Part shown: positions 61,328 through 64,000 of the stretch, piece after piece
How the letters are laid out: each line of letters starts with the position of its first letter
Numbering within the stretch: position 1 is the first letter of the stretch
NCBI RefSeq assembly: GCF_038025025.1
Contig: NW_027117344.1
Location: 496,001-560,000, forward strand
DNA: 64,000 nt
Source of the DNA: Phyllosticta citribraziliensis
Taxonomy: Eukaryota
Direction of reading: 5' to 3'
Notes under the pieces: model-generated
Seen by the model: the letters and a program-made list of their open reading frames with translations, nothing else
Databases searched by the model: none
Told to the model about the DNA's origin: nothing
Made by a program: the position numbers and the translations under genes

Positions 61328-62240
61328 CGTGTTGGTGCCGAGGTCGAGGTTTGTTGGATTGGTGACGCGACGACGTCTGGTTGCGCGAACGTGCGAGTAA
61401 AGTTCGGAACCAACGCCACAGTTGCGCCACACATGGCAGATCCCCCGGATTTCTTCTCACCACTTCCGCCCGACCTGCGGTGCTCATCACCAACACCATC
61501 ACCATTGGCCAACGTCCCGTAAGCATTGTGCTCCCCCAGATTTAGATTCAAACATCATGCCACCCCCCGACAGCTCTCTCACCAAGGAAGAAACGACTCT
61601 ACAAGCACGCACTGCTCAAACGGGCTGCATGTTGCGATTGTCTTGTCCGTCAGCTCACTCAAAGCCTCCGTCAGAGCCAGCCATTGGAATTGATAGGCCG
61701 AATCACCAAGAACGGTGAGGGAGGGCTAGAAAGATGACAGGTCTTCATCGTCCGACTTGAACCTTGGCTTCATCGCGTCTTCGATCCCCGTCTCAAACAC
61801 TGTCTTGCATTCCCTTGCTGCCTCAGCTGCGTATGCAAACGCCACAAAGAAACGGCGCTCATGCATGGAGCTAAGGCAAGCCGTCTGTAGATTTGAAGAA
61901 AGCCTTGTGTCGCCGGTCAAGTTGAGCGAGAAAACGAGTCGATTCTTATTTCCTGGTCGAACTGCTGGGCTCGTTCACGAACCACCATTCGCTGTTTGAC
62001 TCGGAAGATTGCAATCTTAGTAGAGACTCCATGTGCTTGTTTCAGTCGTCAAGTTGCAAGCGGTGACGTACTTCGAAGCAGTAGGTAGTTGGCGGCCAAG
62101 CGCCCATCCTACCACGAGAGACAATGGGCTCATGTCGAAAACAGGATCAGTGTCCCAAAATTGCAATCCACTGACAGACAATCGCATCTTTTCCAAATTA
62201 TTCGTGCGCGTAGTAACTACGAGTTTAAGTCATTGAGGTT

Positions 62241-62488
62241 AGGCGCTGGATAGGGATGGATATGTACCACTCGGACCGAACACTTTACATCGCCCCCCTC
62301 CGCGCACCGGCTCGCTGGTGCAATGGGAGGGGGGCAAATTGACGGGGTCAGCGGCCAGTAGTGCGAGGGTGCCGCCAGTTCGAGTCTGGTCCGCGCCGCT
62401 GACTTTCCGATCGTGTACTATAAAACCTACCCGCGGGGAAAGGTTTGATATATCCCACGGACCGCCGTGGGTGAAGTTTTGCTCTTTT
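62241..62488 (+). ncRNA. Candidate structured non-coding RNA with tRNA-like T-arm/B-box (family unassigned; boundaries approximate)
   Basis: At least five helices in ~210 nt, including perfect 10-bp, 9-bp and 7-bp stems; G-U pairs favour the + strand; GTTCGAGTC B-box at 62378-62386; T4 tracts at 62477 and 62485; no credible ORF. Confidence 0.6.
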
Positions 62489-62939
62489 GTACTTTGCTGG
62501 CTCTAACCTATGTTTTCCTCGTTCGGCGACTTTTCTATGACTATCTTTCTTAGAGCAGCCGCAATCAACCCAATTCACGGTGTTGACTTGAGAGGACAAA
62601 CCTGAACAGCTGATGGCAATGCATTACCCTCATCTGCAATCAACGCACCAGATCATGAACAAGTCGGTCCGAGGCTTGGTAGCAAAGGTCACGGCATACA
62701 TATTCCCGATGTTCTGCGAGTTGCGGCTCGAATCTCGAATGCTCCCTAGCACTCTTCTTGTAGATGCTTCGATGCTCCTGGGTACATACTTTAGTCTAAG
62801 GTGGCTTCCATGCTCCCTTTAAGTTGCCTGTTGAAGCGTATGAATACTTCCAGTCTACAATAGTGTGTACCATAGCTTTAGCAAACAAGTCATGGTCCTG
62901 GAAGCAGTCCAAGTCAAAAGCACAATCTTCCAACAAGTC

Positions 62940-64000
62940 CTACCAATGCCTAACAACATACAAGACATTCCTCTCCCTCAACGCATTCAACACACCCCAA
63001 ACCCTCTTCCTCTTCACGCCCTCACGCCCCGCAATATCATCAAGTGCGTGCGCACCGTCGAAGTATTTTTGCAAGACGGGAAAAAGCTGGCGCACCTCGT
63101 CGTCGACCAAGCCGCGGCGGATGTGGTCGATCCAACGCGCCTCGAGCGAGTTTGCCTTCTGCGGGCTGTAAATCATGCGCGGTGTGTAGTCAGCCGGATC
63201 GTTGGATGCGTGCGAGTGCTGGTGGTGCGCGTGATGCGGGTGCGGCTGGAAGCCGGGCCGCAGCACCCCATTGCGCTGCGGTGTTGAGGGCGTGCCGTGC
63301 GGGTGGGAGAAGTCGGAGAGGGCTGTGAGCGAGGCGACGGAGTGCGATGCTTGGAGTGGTGAGTGGCGAAGGGCGGTTGGGGAGGTGTTGGTGGTGAGTG
63401 TCCCTCCCATGCCCGTCGTTTTTGTGCTGCGGTTGCTCTCGGAGTCGCTGTTGCGCGGCGACCGTCGATGCTGCGGCGTCGAGGGCGCGTCTTCACTGGC
63501 TATGGTTGCCCGGTCTGACGCGTCGTCTTGGTGGTCGAGTGCGGCGTGTCGTTCACGCGCGGCTGCCACGGCGGCTCTGGCTGCATCCTTGGCTTCGCGT
63601 TCCATGATTGCGGCGACGTCTGCTTGCACTTCTGCTGACACGCGGATCCAGGCAAAAGTACGGAGCTGTGTTACCCAGCCACCGCGCATGAGCCAGGCTA
63701 ATATGTCCATGTATGCGGAGCGGTGGTCTTTACTGGGAATGAGGGATCCATAGGTCCGTGGGGATTGATTCGAAAGGAGGCTGAGCATCTTTGGTAAAGA
63801 CGGAAGTGTTGGGAACCGGGAGGCATAGGTAGGAATGGCCTGAGGGAGCTTGCGCATGTCAGCGTTGGGAGAGACGATATAAGTGTCTCGCTGATGCAGT
63901 GGAGGTATTGCTCGAGCCCGTCTCCAGTATATCAAGTGCGCAGCGATGAACTCGAGATCTGCCAGTGGTATCTTATGTGCCAGAGCAGTCTTGTGGAGCG
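62940..64000 (-). CDS. NPR3: Nitrogen permease regulator 3 (GATOR1/SEACIT subunit), C-terminal part; gene continues beyond the window
   Basis: AAHLIYWRRARAIPPLHQRDTYIVSPNAD, LIPSKDHRSAYMDILAWLMRGGWVTQLRTFAW, KYFDGAHALDDI..REG, C-terminal VVRHW. The frame is open to the window edge. Confidence 0.93.
   Translation of the reverse strand, partial: LHKTALAHKIPLADLEFIAAHLIYWRRARAIPPLHQRDTYIVSPNADMRKLPQAIPTYASRFPTLPSLPKMLSLLSNQSPRTYGSLIPSKDHRSAYMDILAWLMRGGWVTQLRTFAWIRVSAEVQADVAAIMEREAKDAARAAVAAARERHAALDHQDDASDRATIASEDAPSTPQHRRSPRNSDSESNRSTKTTGMGGTLTTNTSPTALRHSPLQASHSVASLTALSDFSHPHGTPSTPQRNGVLRPGFQPHPHHAHHQHSHASNDPADYTPRMIYSPQKANSLEARWIDHIRRGLVDDEVRQLFPVLQKYFDGAHALDDIAGREGVKRKRVWGVLNALRERNVLYVVRHW

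Noticed and set aside
61726..61920. 64-aa minus-strand ORF upstream of COX19
   Set aside because: Non-ATG start, no recognisable motif and no convincing splice partners.
62242..62398. Canonical or intron-containing tRNA, or tRNA-Sec
   Set aside because: The T-arm is perfect and GGCGCTGGA can partly pair with TCCGCGCC, but there is no U8, D-arm or anticodon arm in register, and stronger alternative stems use the same bases.
62225..62410. RNase P/MRP RNA on the minus strand (GGAAAGTCA ... TGACTTA)
   Set aside because: Other conserved regions are missing, and the G-U pairs indicate that the + strand is the structured one.
9967..64000. TORC1/vacuole gene cluster (VMA13, DENN, RTG3-like bHLH, NPR3)
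   Set aside because: The genes are dispersed among unrelated housekeeping genes; a shared theme alone is not evidence without synteny data.

Overview
Intron-containing nuclear DNA of a filamentous ascomycete (Pezizomycotina, probably a Dothideomycete; inferred from gene content, short GT-AG introns with CTRAY branch points and SSR-rich intergenic DNA). I can support 15 protein-coding genes, with exon structures checked by hand for frame: kinesin-4-like motor (-), VMA13 (-), TBCE/PAC2 (+), self-sufficient P450-reductase fusion CYP505 (+), pyridoxal-reductase-like aldo-keto reductase (+), Iec1-like C2H2 protein (+), BCD1 (-), DENN/coiled-coil protein (+), secreted GH16 (+), LEU5-like mitochondrial carrier (-), METTL4-like MT-A70 methyltransferase (+), SFT2 (-), RTG3/MiT-like bHLH factor (+), a four-exon COX19 (-) that the ORF track does not show as a protein, and the 3' part of NPR3 (-). 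I found no recognisable transposon, rRNA, canonical tRNA or CRISPR array. The best candidate for something undescribed is an ~240-nt, highly structured, ORF-free element at ~62.24-62.49 kb with a perfect tRNA-type T-arm/B-box, a possible Pol III ncRNA that I cannot assign to a known family. Other notable signals: a TGATG stop-start junction and multi-intron leader on the bHLH gene, a possible alternative FFAT-bearing C-terminus on the DENN gene, a GC-AG intron required in BCD1, a cluster of TTGCGCAA palindromes, and two long gaps between convergent genes that carry splice signals but no recognisable protein. Family assignments come from remembered motifs, not database searches.
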